Source of the DNA: a virus
DNA length: 64,000 nt
IMG/VR virus record: IMGVR_UViG_3300037089_000505
Location: 1-64,000 of that record
Direction: 5' to 3' (one strand)
Made by a program: the position numbers and the translations under genes. Shown one piece after another: positions 50,670 to 61,030 of this stretch. Under the pieces are notes generated by a model. It had not been told where the DNA came from. It made no database searches and worked only from the letters and a program-made list of their open reading frames with translations. Each line of letters opens with the position of its first letter. Within the stretch, counting starts at the first letter, position 1.

Positions 50670-51803
50670 GAATGCAAAAGATGAAGTTTCTTTTCAAAGC
50701 ATTAAATCCTTTTACACAAAGCAGCAAGACAATGTTCTTCATATTCCTGTTTCGTCTTTTACTCATGTTGGTCTTTTTGCTTCTTGCAGCTCTTGTCTGC
50801 TTTGGGCAAGACGTAACTACTGGTACATGGGTAGATAGAGCCCATGGCGGTGCAGAAGCTACTTTCAACGATGATGGTACTAGTATATGGTTGAAGTCTA
50901 ATCCAGTCCTCACTGACGACGAAGTTCAGTGGATAAGAACTGAATGGCATTTCACATACGCAATTGAGGGCGACAAAATAACTCTACTCCGTCTAACGGA
51001 TAACGTAACGTTCATCGGCAAAGTTGTCAGGTGTACGCCGTCACATTTGACATTATTGATCAAGGACGGCAAACTTTCCACAAGATACGAATTTGAAAAC
51101 GAGAATGTCCAAACGTTTGAACCTGACGAAAATGATTGGGAGGACTGAAATGATTTATCGACTGTCTTCTTACATGGCACCCAAAAAGAAAAGTGCTCAG
51201 TTCAGGGGTAATCTCAAATTTGAGATTACAGTCAGAGGTAGTATGCGAATACTCATCAGGGATATTCTTCACGCAATCAAATATCGCATTGAGTCAGCAC
51301 AGGAAACTGAGGCTTTTATAAATATTCTCGAAGACAGGAGGCTCTTAACTTCAGTTTTTCATATTCATGCCCGTCGAGTGACCATACTTGAAACTGCTGC
51401 AATAAAAAAAGCTGCTGAGCAAATCTTCAAGCAGCTTCATGCGCCCGCATATTTTCATTCGAAAGGAATCGTAGTTTGAGAAGTCCCGTAGATGTAGCAC
51501 ATAGAATCGCGCGGCAAGTCCCACTTGAACTTAAAGGACAGTTTGAAGACTTAGCCGTCAATGATCTTGCGTGGTACATCCGAGACTTTGCTTGCAAGCC
51601 ACCTGAGCAGTGGATCACTTGTTTTGCAAATCTTCAGGACTATTGCTGGTCTCATCTATGGAATGAAAGTGGCTATCTGCCCGAAGAATGGCAACAAAAG
51701 GTCGCTGCTATCATTTCGGATAGAACGCTCGAAGAAGTCAAAAGACTTAACGCGGAGGAGTACAAGCACAGAGTCAAATACGATTTAAAAAAGAAGGCGA
51801 AAA

Positions 51804-52625
51804 ATGAAGATTACAATAGTTGGAAGCGGTAACGCTTTTTCGTTCAAAAATTACAACACCTGTTTTTTACTCGAAGAAGATAACAAGAAACTACTCATCG
51901 ACTGTGGTGGAGAAGTTCCACAAGCTTTACACGATAAACTCAATCTGAGCTATAAAGATATAGACGCAATCTATGTAAGCCACTCGCATGCTGATCATAT
52001 TGGCGGCTTAGAAAAGTTTGGCTTTGCTCGATATGATTGGGTAAACAAACCACGTCTATGGAATCAATCCGAAAAGCCTTATGCGCCCGTTCTGATTGGC
52101 AATGCAACGTTACTTCTAAACATTTGGCAAAGATCACTTCGTGGTGGAATGGACACGCTTGAGTTTCAAACCACACTGGAAACCTTTTTCCATACTTTGC
52201 CTATAGACAACAATGAGTTTTATTGGCAGGGATGGGACTTTAAACTTATTCGCAACCTTCACGGAGAAGGCAACAACAAATATTCATATGGCCTTTATGG
52301 CGTTAGGCCAAATTATCCCTCGGTTTACTTTACCACTGATAGTAGATTCGATGATTCATCTGAAAAGATTGAACTATATCGCAAAGCCGATAGAATTTTC
52401 CAGGATTGCGAATGCACTCCATATCTTTCTGGTGCTCATGCAAACTATCAACAGCTGGTGACTTTACCGACTGATATTAAGAAGAAAATGTATCTCACTC
52501 ACTATCAAGATTCTGTGTATGACGGTGGTGATGAAAACAAATATGAAGTTAGGGCAGAACTTGACGGCTTCGTTGGTTTTATCGAGCCGGGTGAAATTTG
52601 GTATTTATCAGAGGTAAATAAATGA
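51804..52625 (+). CDS. MBL-fold hydrolase, Apyc1 (anti-Pycsar)-like
   Basis: GSGNAF, LIDCG, SHSHADHIGGLE, W..SLRGG, FTTD, FQDCE, HA...L..LP..IK.KMYL.HY.D. Confidence 0.75.
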   Translation: MKITIVGSGNAFSFKNYNTCFLLEEDNKKLLIDCGGEVPQALHDKLNLSYKDIDAIYVSHSHADHIGGLEKFGFARYDWVNKPRLWNQSEKPYAPVLIGNATLLLNIWQRSLRGGMDTLEFQTTLETFFHTLPIDNNEFYWQGWDFKLIRNLHGEGNNKYSYGLYGVRPNYPSVYFTTDSRFDDSSEKIELYRKADRIFQDCECTPYLSGAHANYQQLVTLPTDIKKKMYLTHYQDSVYDGGDENKYEVRAELDGFVGFIEPGEIWYLSEVNK

Positions 52626-53188
52626 ACTACTTCTCTTCCGACTGGCATCTCGGCCATACCAATATCATCAAATACTGCCATCGGCCTTTTGTAAGCTCAG
52701 AAGAGATGGATGCTATTATACTCAAAAACTTTTTTGACACTGTCAAACCTGGAGATAAATTTTTCTATCTTGGAGATCTTTCTTTTCATATTGACACAAT
52801 CAAGAGAGTATTAAATAGTCTAGCCGGTACTAATATCAAAAGCGTATTCTTAGTAGGGAACCACGATAATTACAACGTAGCCATTAGACAAGTGGCAAAA
52901 TCTGGGGGCATTGAAATAGTGGATGGCTTTCTTGACATTAACATAGAAGGTCAAGCTATAACCTTATGCCATTATGCAATGCAGTCTTTTTACAAATCTC
53001 ATTTTGGCGCTTGGGGTCTGTACGGCCATCATCATACTAATGTCAGCCAAGAAGTGACTGGCAAAAAGATGAATGTGGGAGTAGATCAACACAACTTCTT
53101 TCCAGTTTCATTTGATCAGGTAAAGGCCTACATGAAAAACCGACCCGACAATTGGGACACAATTCATGATGCCGAAAAAAGATTTTAA
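52622..53188 (+). CDS. Calcineurin-like metallophosphoesterase
   Basis: SDWHLGH.NII, LGD, GNHD, LCHY, YGHHH, NVGVD. Confidence 0.88.
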   Translation: MNYFSSDWHLGHTNIIKYCHRPFVSSEEMDAIILKNFFDTVKPGDKFFYLGDLSFHIDTIKRVLNSLAGTNIKSVFLVGNHDNYNVAIRQVAKSGGIEIVDGFLDINIEGQAITLCHYAMQSFYKSHFGAWGLYGHHHTNVSQEVTGKKMNVGVDQHNFFPVSFDQVKAYMKNRPDNWDTIHDAEKRF

Positions 53189-53402
53189 AGCCATAGAAGC
53201 ATATCATCGTTCTGAGCGTGATAGGTTAGATGCCGCTCTACCAAGAAAAGAATCTACAATTCGCATTCTTAAAGATCAAGATTGTCAACATTGTACTTAT
53301 CAGGGTTTAAAAAAACCTAAAGATATAGCTGATGCTTTATTTGGTTACTGTCCATACTTTGGATTTGAGCCAAATACTTGCAACTGGTGGAAAAGCAAAT
53401 AA
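53166..53402 (+). CDS. Cys4 miniprotein
   Basis: KESTIRILKDQDCQHC...YC...TCNWW. Confidence 0.6.
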   Translation: MMPKKDFKAIEAYHRSERDRLDAALPRKESTIRILKDQDCQHCTYQGLKKPKDIADALFGYCPYFGFEPNTCNWWKSK

Positions 53403-53661
53403 CTAAAAAAACAAGAACGCTCAAACTACTTAAGGGCGAAGATTGCCAGCATTGTATGCGATTTGAGCGAAGACATAAGCCAGTTGTGGGCGGTATTGAG
53501 TCATACTGCCATATATGCGAAAAGATTCTATTCTAAAAGAGAATACTTGTGACGAATGGTGGCCGAGCAATGAAACGCTGAAAGAAAAGTTAGTGCGAGC
53601 CGTACAGATTCCAAAGGAATATTTGTTTCGAGAAGAGAGTATAAATAAACGAAAGAGGTGA
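53387..53661 (+). pseudogene. Frameshifted Cys4 miniprotein paralog
   Basis: KTRTLKLLKGEDCQHC...YC stops at 53536; the family ending NTCDEWW continues in the -1 frame. Confidence 0.5.
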
Positions 53662-54109
53662 GCATGAACTACTTTCAGAGACTCTGGACAAAAACGCCAC
53701 TCAGTAACAAGATCACGCTGGCTGTTTTGGCCCTTGTCATAGATCTCATTCCGATTTTCTGTCTTTGTTGGAGTCTATCACTTCCGCCGGGATCGAAGTA
53801 CCAAACTTTTGACATTGTAGTCAGTGTAATTGCCGTTCCCCTCTTTCTCCTTGGAATCCCATTTGCCTTGTCTGCCCAGGATCTAGCTCAGATTGAAAAG
53901 CGAGAGAAGGAAGTGGCCAAAGATCAGCAAGACTTTCTCAACGATGAAGACGGCTACTTGGAAGGCATGGCCGAAAGAGTCATCACAGAGATTGAATTTG
54001 ATATGGAGATTAAGGAGCTCACTGATTTACAAAAACGGAAATTCGTCAACAAGATTCTTTACAAAATAGTTTCACACTTCAGGGGTTTAGGAAAGGAGAA
54101 GGAAAAGAT

Positions 54110-54940
54110 ATGATCAAGGATTTCACGGGCCTCATCAACGCGACGACCATCAGCATCAGGAACTTTACTGACTGTGCGGTCCTCGGACTCTCAGGCGGAG
54201 CTGACTCGACGCTAGTGGCCATTCTTTCCGCCATGGCTTTGGGCCAGGAAAACGTCTACGGAATCGGACTACCCTACAGCGATCTTGACAAGCAGACTTT
54301 CAATTCACGGTCGGCACGGATCGCCCACAGGCTGAACATTCACTACCTGGAAATCCCCATCAAGAAGCAGGTCGACGCTATCATCGAGTCGCTCAAGTGG
54401 GATGATGACCATCCCATGGAGCTCGATGCCATTCAGTTGGGCAACATCAAAGCTCGAGTCCGAATGGCCACGCTCTACGGCCTGAACGGAGCCTTCTCGG
54501 ATGAAGGAACTCGGTACCGTGTCATAGGCACTGGGAACTTCAGCGAGGACTTCATCGGCTACGATACCAAGGGTGGCGATGCTCTTGCCGACATCTTCCC
54601 TATCGGTTGTCTTTTCAAGAGTGAGGTCTATCAGCTTCTCGATCATTTCATTTCTCAAGGATTCATCGAAGAAGACCTTGTCGACCGGGTTCCGAGCGCC
54701 GGTCTCTGGGAAGGCCAGACAGACGAGGGTGAGCTCGGTCATACCTACGCTGACATGGAACCCAAGATCGTCCAGCTCGTCGATGCTTACAAGGATGAGA
54801 TTGGAGAAGTCCAGACTGATGCTCTGACAGAAGATGTCCGCCTGAGACACCTTGCCAACAAGCACAAGCACATGGCTCCTCCGGTTCTCAACCTTCGCAA
54901 GTTCTGCGAATGGAACGATCCGACTGGCTATTTCGCATAA
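54110..54940 (+). CDS. nadE: NH3-dependent NAD+ synthetase
   Basis: LGLSGGADS, GNIKARVRM, GTGN.SE..IGY.TKGGD, PSAGLWEGQTDE. Confidence 0.93.
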   Translation: MIKDFTGLINATTISIRNFTDCAVLGLSGGADSTLVAILSAMALGQENVYGIGLPYSDLDKQTFNSRSARIAHRLNIHYLEIPIKKQVDAIIESLKWDDDHPMELDAIQLGNIKARVRMATLYGLNGAFSDEGTRYRVIGTGNFSEDFIGYDTKGGDALADIFPIGCLFKSEVYQLLDHFISQGFIEEDLVDRVPSAGLWEGQTDEGELGHTYADMEPKIVQLVDAYKDEIGEVQTDALTEDVRLRHLANKHKHMAPPVLNLRKFCEWNDPTGYFA

Positions 54941-54947
54941 CACTTTG

Positions 54948-54979
54948 AGCTGAGGTTGTAAAGCTTTACAACCTCAGCT
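54948..54979. repeat. Perfect 32-bp palindrome downstream of nadE
   Basis: agctgaggttgtaaag|ctttacaacctcagct. Confidence 0.9.
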
Positions 54980-55329
54980 TCGTTTGGGAGAAAAAGAAAA
55001 TGGATTGGGACGATATCGATGATGGTGATCACGTTCGACACATAATCACAAAAGAAGAAGGCATTGTCATTAACGCCGATCCGTTCTTTGAACTCGGCGA
55101 GAAAGTGTGGGTGAAGTTTTGGGACCCAGTTAAAAGGAAATGGCGCAAAGAAAAAATTCATCCAGGCGAGGTGGAATGGGCATGAAGGCTTTGATCGAGC
55201 TTCTAACTGATTTTGCTAGAGAGCATCCTATCATCTTCTTTTTTCTCATGCTCCTTACAGCTATCGTCGGATGGCTGTTTATCACTCTATCTTTTATTCT
55301 TTAGTTTCGACAGGGATATATTATAAAGC

Positions 55330-55626
55330 ATGGACACAAAACGAACTTGCAATGCTTGCTGGTTTTACGAGAAGGATGGAACCAATTGGTTCGTTTCCAA
55401 AAACGCCGAAGTAAAGCCCAAGCCCAACCAGGAATGGTGCACACTGAACAACGCGCCCTGCCCGGCAGCTCGGACTTGCCCTTCTTGGATGACCACGGCA
55501 GGAACCAAGCCGATCATGAACGGATCTGATACAAAGACCAAACAGGAAGCAGCGGCTGCCAAGAAAGAAAAGAGGCGGCTCCGGAAACTAGCCAAGAAAG
55601 CTATCCTCGAAGGGAGTCGAGAATGA
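55330..55626 (+). CDS. Cys4 miniprotein with basic tail
   Basis: TCNACW...WC...TCPSW; TTTCGA-N8-TATTAT 5 nt upstream. Confidence 0.65.
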   Translation: MDTKRTCNACWFYEKDGTNWFVSKNAEVKPKPNQEWCTLNNAPCPAARTCPSWMTTAGTKPIMNGSDTKTKQEAAAAKKEKRRLRKLAKKAILEGSRE

Positions 55627-56652
55627 TCGTGGCCGTAATTGCCTATATCATCTTAGGCATCATTATGAGCGTTAAGCTTGAATCGGAAATCCTGGAATTT
55701 CCGCTGAGCTTCATAAGTCAAGACACCTATAGAAAGGCAATCGTATTGCCTATCTTGTTTTGGCCTTTTCTGGTCGGAGCTTCTTGGATCTATTTCGTTA
55801 GGAACGGAGAAGGAAATTGAAACCTTACGGAGTCAAAGTCATCCAGTCTCCCGACGTGGCCGATATCCAGGCTATGGGTGCCAAGTCCAGCACTGGAAAG
55901 TTTCCCGGTAAGAGCGGAGATTTTCATCCCTACAGCCGGACCAAAAACAAAAAGGCGATCCGCCAGTATTGGAAGAGCAAGGCCCGCCACCAGAAAATCG
56001 ACTTGGAGGATTAGATGGCCGAAGTTTTTAATAGCATCATGCGGGGGCTGGAAGAAGTCAAAGAAATACGGGCTGCCGATACGGCTCTTGAGCAAGATTT
56101 GAAATGGGCGGTTCAGATTCGCAAACTCCGCAAGGGTCTTGAACGATGGGAGAATCCCTACGTCATCGCAAAAATCCTCAAAATCCTGAAAAAAACTGGA
56201 ACCCCACTTTTCTGGTTCAGCATTGAGAGTCCGAACTGCCTTGAAGAAGAGGACAACGAGAATACTCTCCGAGAGGTTGTGAAGATGCTCAAGCACCACG
56301 TGAAATTCGTAAAGGGCGGGGGAAAAGTACCCACTGTCCAGGGAGTCCCTTTCAAATACGCCCACACCGTCACCTCCGATGATGAAACCAAAATCATGTT
56401 CACAGACATTTCTAACCTGGGCGATTATGTCATTTTCGACGACTAGGAGAGAAGATATGCCAGGATACATTGAAGACACCACGGGAATACACACGGTTTC
56501 ATAGCTGAAGAATGTGACACCTTGGATGCATCAGTGTTCACCGGAGATCAACTTCTTGAAAAATCAAATCGAGAAGGCTTGAAAATGTATCTCGATCGAT
56601 GGCAAAAGAAAATTATGGAATGGGAAGAAATGGCAAAAGAATTGGGGTACAA

Positions 56653-57027
56653 ATGATACTCGGTCTTGATGTTCATGGAGTGATCGATAAAGAGCCTGAC
56701 AAGTACGCTGCTCTAGCACGTGCCGTTCGGTCGAAGAAGGGTGGCAAAGTTTATATCATCACCGGACAATCTGATACTCCCGAATTAAGAAATTTGCTAG
56801 ACAATCTCGGAATGACGTTTGATAGGCTCGTTTCAATTCAGGATGAGCTTATGGCAGTTAGTGCTCCCATCATGGGATACGAAGAAGGAAGACCAATCTT
56901 TCGTTCTCTTGATTGGGACGGCTTCAAAGGGTCATATTGCGCCCGCAATCATGTTGATCTAATGATTGATGACAGCCCAGAATATCGTCTTTATTTCACG
57001 ACTCCTTTCCTTTTAATAAACAAGTAA
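56653..57027 (+). CDS. HAD-like hydrolase
   Basis: LGLDVHGVI, IITG, K, LMIDD; start ATG 56653. Confidence 0.65.
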   Translation: MILGLDVHGVIDKEPDKYAALARAVRSKKGGKVYIITGQSDTPELRNLLDNLGMTFDRLVSIQDELMAVSAPIMGYEEGRPIFRSLDWDGFKGSYCARNHVDLMIDDSPEYRLYFTTPFLLINK

Positions 57028-57030
57028 AAC

Positions 57031-57050
57031 TTTCGAAAGCGAGGTATAAT
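57031..57050 (+). promoter_or_regulatory. Putative early promoter TTTCGA-N8-TATAAT, leaderless
   Basis: Perfect TATAAT 6 nt before ATG 57057; no SD. Confidence 0.7.
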
Positions 57051-57056
57051 AAAGAT

Positions 57057-58289
57057 ATGGAAACACGCGGAGATAAGTCACTCATCATGGTCACCGCTGA
57101 CAACAACAACAAATTTTACAAGATGCATGATAATACCGATGGAACCTTCACGGTGAAATACGGTCGGGTCGGAGTCACTGAGACGACTATGAACTACCCC
57201 ATAAAGAAATGGGATTCCATTTACCGAGACAAGACCGGCAAAGGTTATCGGGATGTTACGGAGCTTCGGGCCGAGAAGACGGTCAACAACAGCAATGGCA
57301 ACACCCCGAGTTTCGCCGACATCAAAATCGCCCAGATCAAATCTCTGGTCGCCACTCTCCAGTCCTATGCGAAGAAATCAGTCACCGAGAACTATACGGT
57401 CACTTCTGAGGCAGTCACTCAAGCCCAGGTCGACGAAGCACAGTCTGTTTTGGACCGGATCACCACTCTGAAGGTCACCGATACCAAGATCCTCAATGAC
57501 ACCCTCCTGGAACTCTACAAGGTCATTCCCCGAAGAATGGCCAACGTCAAGCATCACCTCTTCGGTCTGGAAGAGGGACTTGATAGCAAGCCGGACATTT
57601 TCAAAAGGACAATTGAGACCGAGCAAGCCACTCTGGACGTTATGAGAGGCCAGGTTTCTACTAACACCAAGACCAAGGACGTTTCTAACAAAGCCAACCA
57701 GACACTGCTCGAGGCCATGGGGCTGGAAATCGTTCCCATCGAAGATTCGGATCGGCAGATCATTCTCAAACTTCTCGGCCCCAACAGCCGGCAATTCCGT
57801 TCGGCCTTCAAGGTGATCAACGTCAAGACTCAAGGCCTCTTTGATAAGAAACTGGTCGAAGTCACCAACAAATCCACCAACCTTTTTTGGCACGGCTCTC
57901 GCAACGAAAACTGGTGGTCCATTCTGGACTCCGGCCTCATGATCAGGCCTTCCAACGCCATCTACACTGGGTCCATGTTCGGAGATGGAATCTACTTCGC
58001 CGATAAGGCTCAGAAGTCTATCGGCTACACTTCTCTTCGGGGAAGCTACTGGGCCGGTGGCGGAAGCAACAAGGCTTACCTGGCAGTCTTCAATGTCCAT
58101 ACCGGAAACTGGCTCAAAGCTCAGAGGCACGAGTCCTGGATGTACGAACTGACTGAGAAGAAGCTGAAAGCCCGGGGCGCTTACGATTCTTTCTTCGCTC
58201 TCGACGGAGCTGATCTCCGGAACAATGAATACATCGTCTACAACAAGGCACAGTGCACCGTCCAGTACCTGGTCGAGATCGGAGACTAA
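57057..58289 (+). CDS. Poly(ADP-ribose) polymerase-like protein: WGR + helical regulatory + catalytic domains
   Basis: NNNKFY...YGRVG...KTGKGY (WGR); LYKVIP; FWHGS, GSMFGDGIYFA, KSIGY, NEYIVY (H-Y-E triad). Confidence 0.9.
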   Translation: METRGDKSLIMVTADNNNKFYKMHDNTDGTFTVKYGRVGVTETTMNYPIKKWDSIYRDKTGKGYRDVTELRAEKTVNNSNGNTPSFADIKIAQIKSLVATLQSYAKKSVTENYTVTSEAVTQAQVDEAQSVLDRITTLKVTDTKILNDTLLELYKVIPRRMANVKHHLFGLEEGLDSKPDIFKRTIETEQATLDVMRGQVSTNTKTKDVSNKANQTLLEAMGLEIVPIEDSDRQIILKLLGPNSRQFRSAFKVINVKTQGLFDKKLVEVTNKSTNLFWHGSRNENWWSILDSGLMIRPSNAIYTGSMFGDGIYFADKAQKSIGYTSLRGSYWAGGGSNKAYLAVFNVHTGNWLKAQRHESWMYELTEKKLKARGAYDSFFALDGADLRNNEYIVYNKAQCTVQYLVEIGD

Positions 58290-61030
58290 ATTGATCCGAT
58301 ACGGAATCTACAACACAGAAGTCGGAACCATTACCGAGCTCCTTGCCGACGAGGGCGACACAATCACTATTCGAGCAAAAAACGGTTTTGCAAAATCAAG
58401 AACTATCAAGATTGAAGACTTGGTTGCTTTACTCGAAAAAAACTCTACTCTAAAAAGAGCTGGAGAGATCTTGGCTAAAAAGCTCCGGACGGTTCAAGGC
58501 CTTCAAGTCGGAGATGCTTTCTTAAATTTCGAAGATGAATTGCTCGCATGGGAAAAGGCAAAATGAAATGGCTATCTTTTTAGCACTTCTACCGGCTGCA
58601 ATTCTCTGGAAGCTCTTCGCCTATTTGGTCGTCCTGCTACTCTGGGGAACTATGTGCTTCTTCGTCGGAAGGTGGACAAAGTGAAAGCCTTCGACAGCGA
58701 CATAGTATCAAGCGAAGGGAAGAAATAAATGGCAACCTGGCGGTCATGGTCAAAAAAGCGATGGAGTGAGGCTGGATTCGCTCGCGCACCAGAACACGAG
58801 GAAGATGCAAAGAGGATGGCGCTCGCTGCTATTCGCAATATTTCTATGTCCGAGTTCATGGCTATTCTTGGTCGACCCAAAGAGGAATATGCCGGTCATG
58901 GCTCTGAGCTCTACAATGCTATTATCAATCCCACGATCCGGCGAGAAATGGTTCTGAAAGCATTTTTCGGAAACAAGATTCCTGACATGAAAATTCATCG
59001 ACACAAGACCGTTTGGGTTTGCCAGGATTGCGCAGACGTCAATCACGGCCTTCTGCTCACCAACGGGACAAAAATGCTCTTCACAGAGTGCTCCGATTGT
59101 AGCCAGATGAAACCCTGTATAGACATCGAGAAGTAATAAGGAGAAGACAAATGAGAATTCTAATTGGCCTTGATGAAAAGGCTCTAAAGGAAGCGTTGAA
59201 GAATGGCGGCCCCGTAGTTGTTGTTGATACTGCTGAAACGCCAGTTTCTCTCGTAATTACTGAGGGCGAGATTGAGGACATTTCGTCTATGAAAGGGCAG
59301 AAAGACGATCAAGAAAACCCCATTGATACTTACAATCTTTTTCCAGAGAGCATGTCTGAAAAAGAGTTCAACCAAATCATGAAGGAGACAAAGAAATGAA
59401 GGTGACGAAGATTCTTGTCGTTCTGTTGGCCGTTCTGTTTGCGGCCCTTGTGGGATGCACTTGCTCATAGTTGGTGGTTTTTACTTCTTTCAATAGCAAC
59501 GATCATAGGTGTTACTGGATGTCTTGTTGAAGTATACGACGAGGCCAAGCTAGTTGATGGTAGGGCTAAAGAAATTAGATGGGGTAGTCAACCATTTCCC
59601 AAAGATGAAGTCTTGGCCATGTTGAAGGATGCTCATACTTGTATCAACTGCTATTGGGAGCGTGGTACTGGGAAAGTCAATCGGCAATTGCATAAAGTGC
59701 CAAAAAGCATTTCCAGTTGAACATAAGTGTCTCTGGGAAGAAGTAGAGGCTCGAACGATTACAACCGAAGATTTTCGTAGACCTGATCTTGAAAAGCGAG
59801 TCACTGCTGAAATCAAAATTCTCAAATGTCATATCTGTGGGGATTTGAAAGAGTTTAGGATAAGCATATGAAACGATCTTTTATGGTTATAGTAAAAGAA
59901 AAGTCTTGGGAAATCTATTGGCGACTACAAGAATCATGGTTTTGGAAATTCTATCGGTGGTTCACACCGTCCTGGCTATCTTATGTTTTCGAGAAGAGAC
60001 GGGGAGGTAATGACACGCCATGGTTGACAGTCATTCACTGTCGGGTCATGGGTCATCCAAATGGCGAAGTGTTCTACAATCTCGGTGGCTCTGAGCCTAA
60101 TCATCATTGTAAAGATTGCGGCGAGGATATAGGATAATGAATCGTGACTGGCCCACAATTGAAGACGTTGAAAAGGGTAAGATGTCTGACCTCTCTCACT
60201 GGTTCGTATTGTTACCCAACGCTGAAACTCCAGAGCAAGAAGCAATTGTGTATCGAATTCGACTTAGAATCAAAGAACTTTATAGCGAGGTAAAGTAAAT
60301 GAAGATTACTAAAGAGCAGCTTCTTCACAAAGGTGGATCTTGGCTTGGTGCAATCCGTTCGTGGATTCAATGGAATGCCATAAACGGAAGTCAAGTAACA
60401 TGGGGTAGCGACGAGCCGCTTCGATTCACAAAAGCTCTGACGGTCAAAGACCTGGAAGAACTGGCTGCTGAAATCGCGGCCAATGCCCTCAACTATCCGC
60501 CTTTGTTTTCAACTCAATATCGTCGGCCTCTCGATCCTAAAGAGGAATCTCTTAGAGAATTGAACAGGCTCAAAGATGAAACCGTATGAGTTCATCGACC
60601 GTATAAATTACGTTTTTCATCCAATAAGAATCTCTACATTCCAGAAATTTTTCTGGCGTGTGTTGGGACTCTTATTGACTGCCCTCACGTTCGGGGTAGT
60701 AGCCATACTTTTCTATAGCGTATTTTTTGACAGAGCTGACTTTCTCAACAGGAGAAAAATGTGCCAGCTTCTGACGAAATCCCCTTGCCTTTTGAAAGAT
60801 CCTGTCAAGGTAAAGATAGGTATCACAAAAGGATATCTCTGGCAGCTTGATCTGAGAACTGACGTTTGCTGGACTGAAGACGGAGTCTTTTGTTACTGTA
60901 ATGAGGACATACTCTTTTGTACCTTCTTGCCAGATCGGCTTCAGAAAAAATACGATCTTAAAATGAGAAGAGTTCTCAAAGCTTCTCTAAAACAACAAAG
61001 AAGAGAAAAGAAAGCAATCACAAAAGAATC

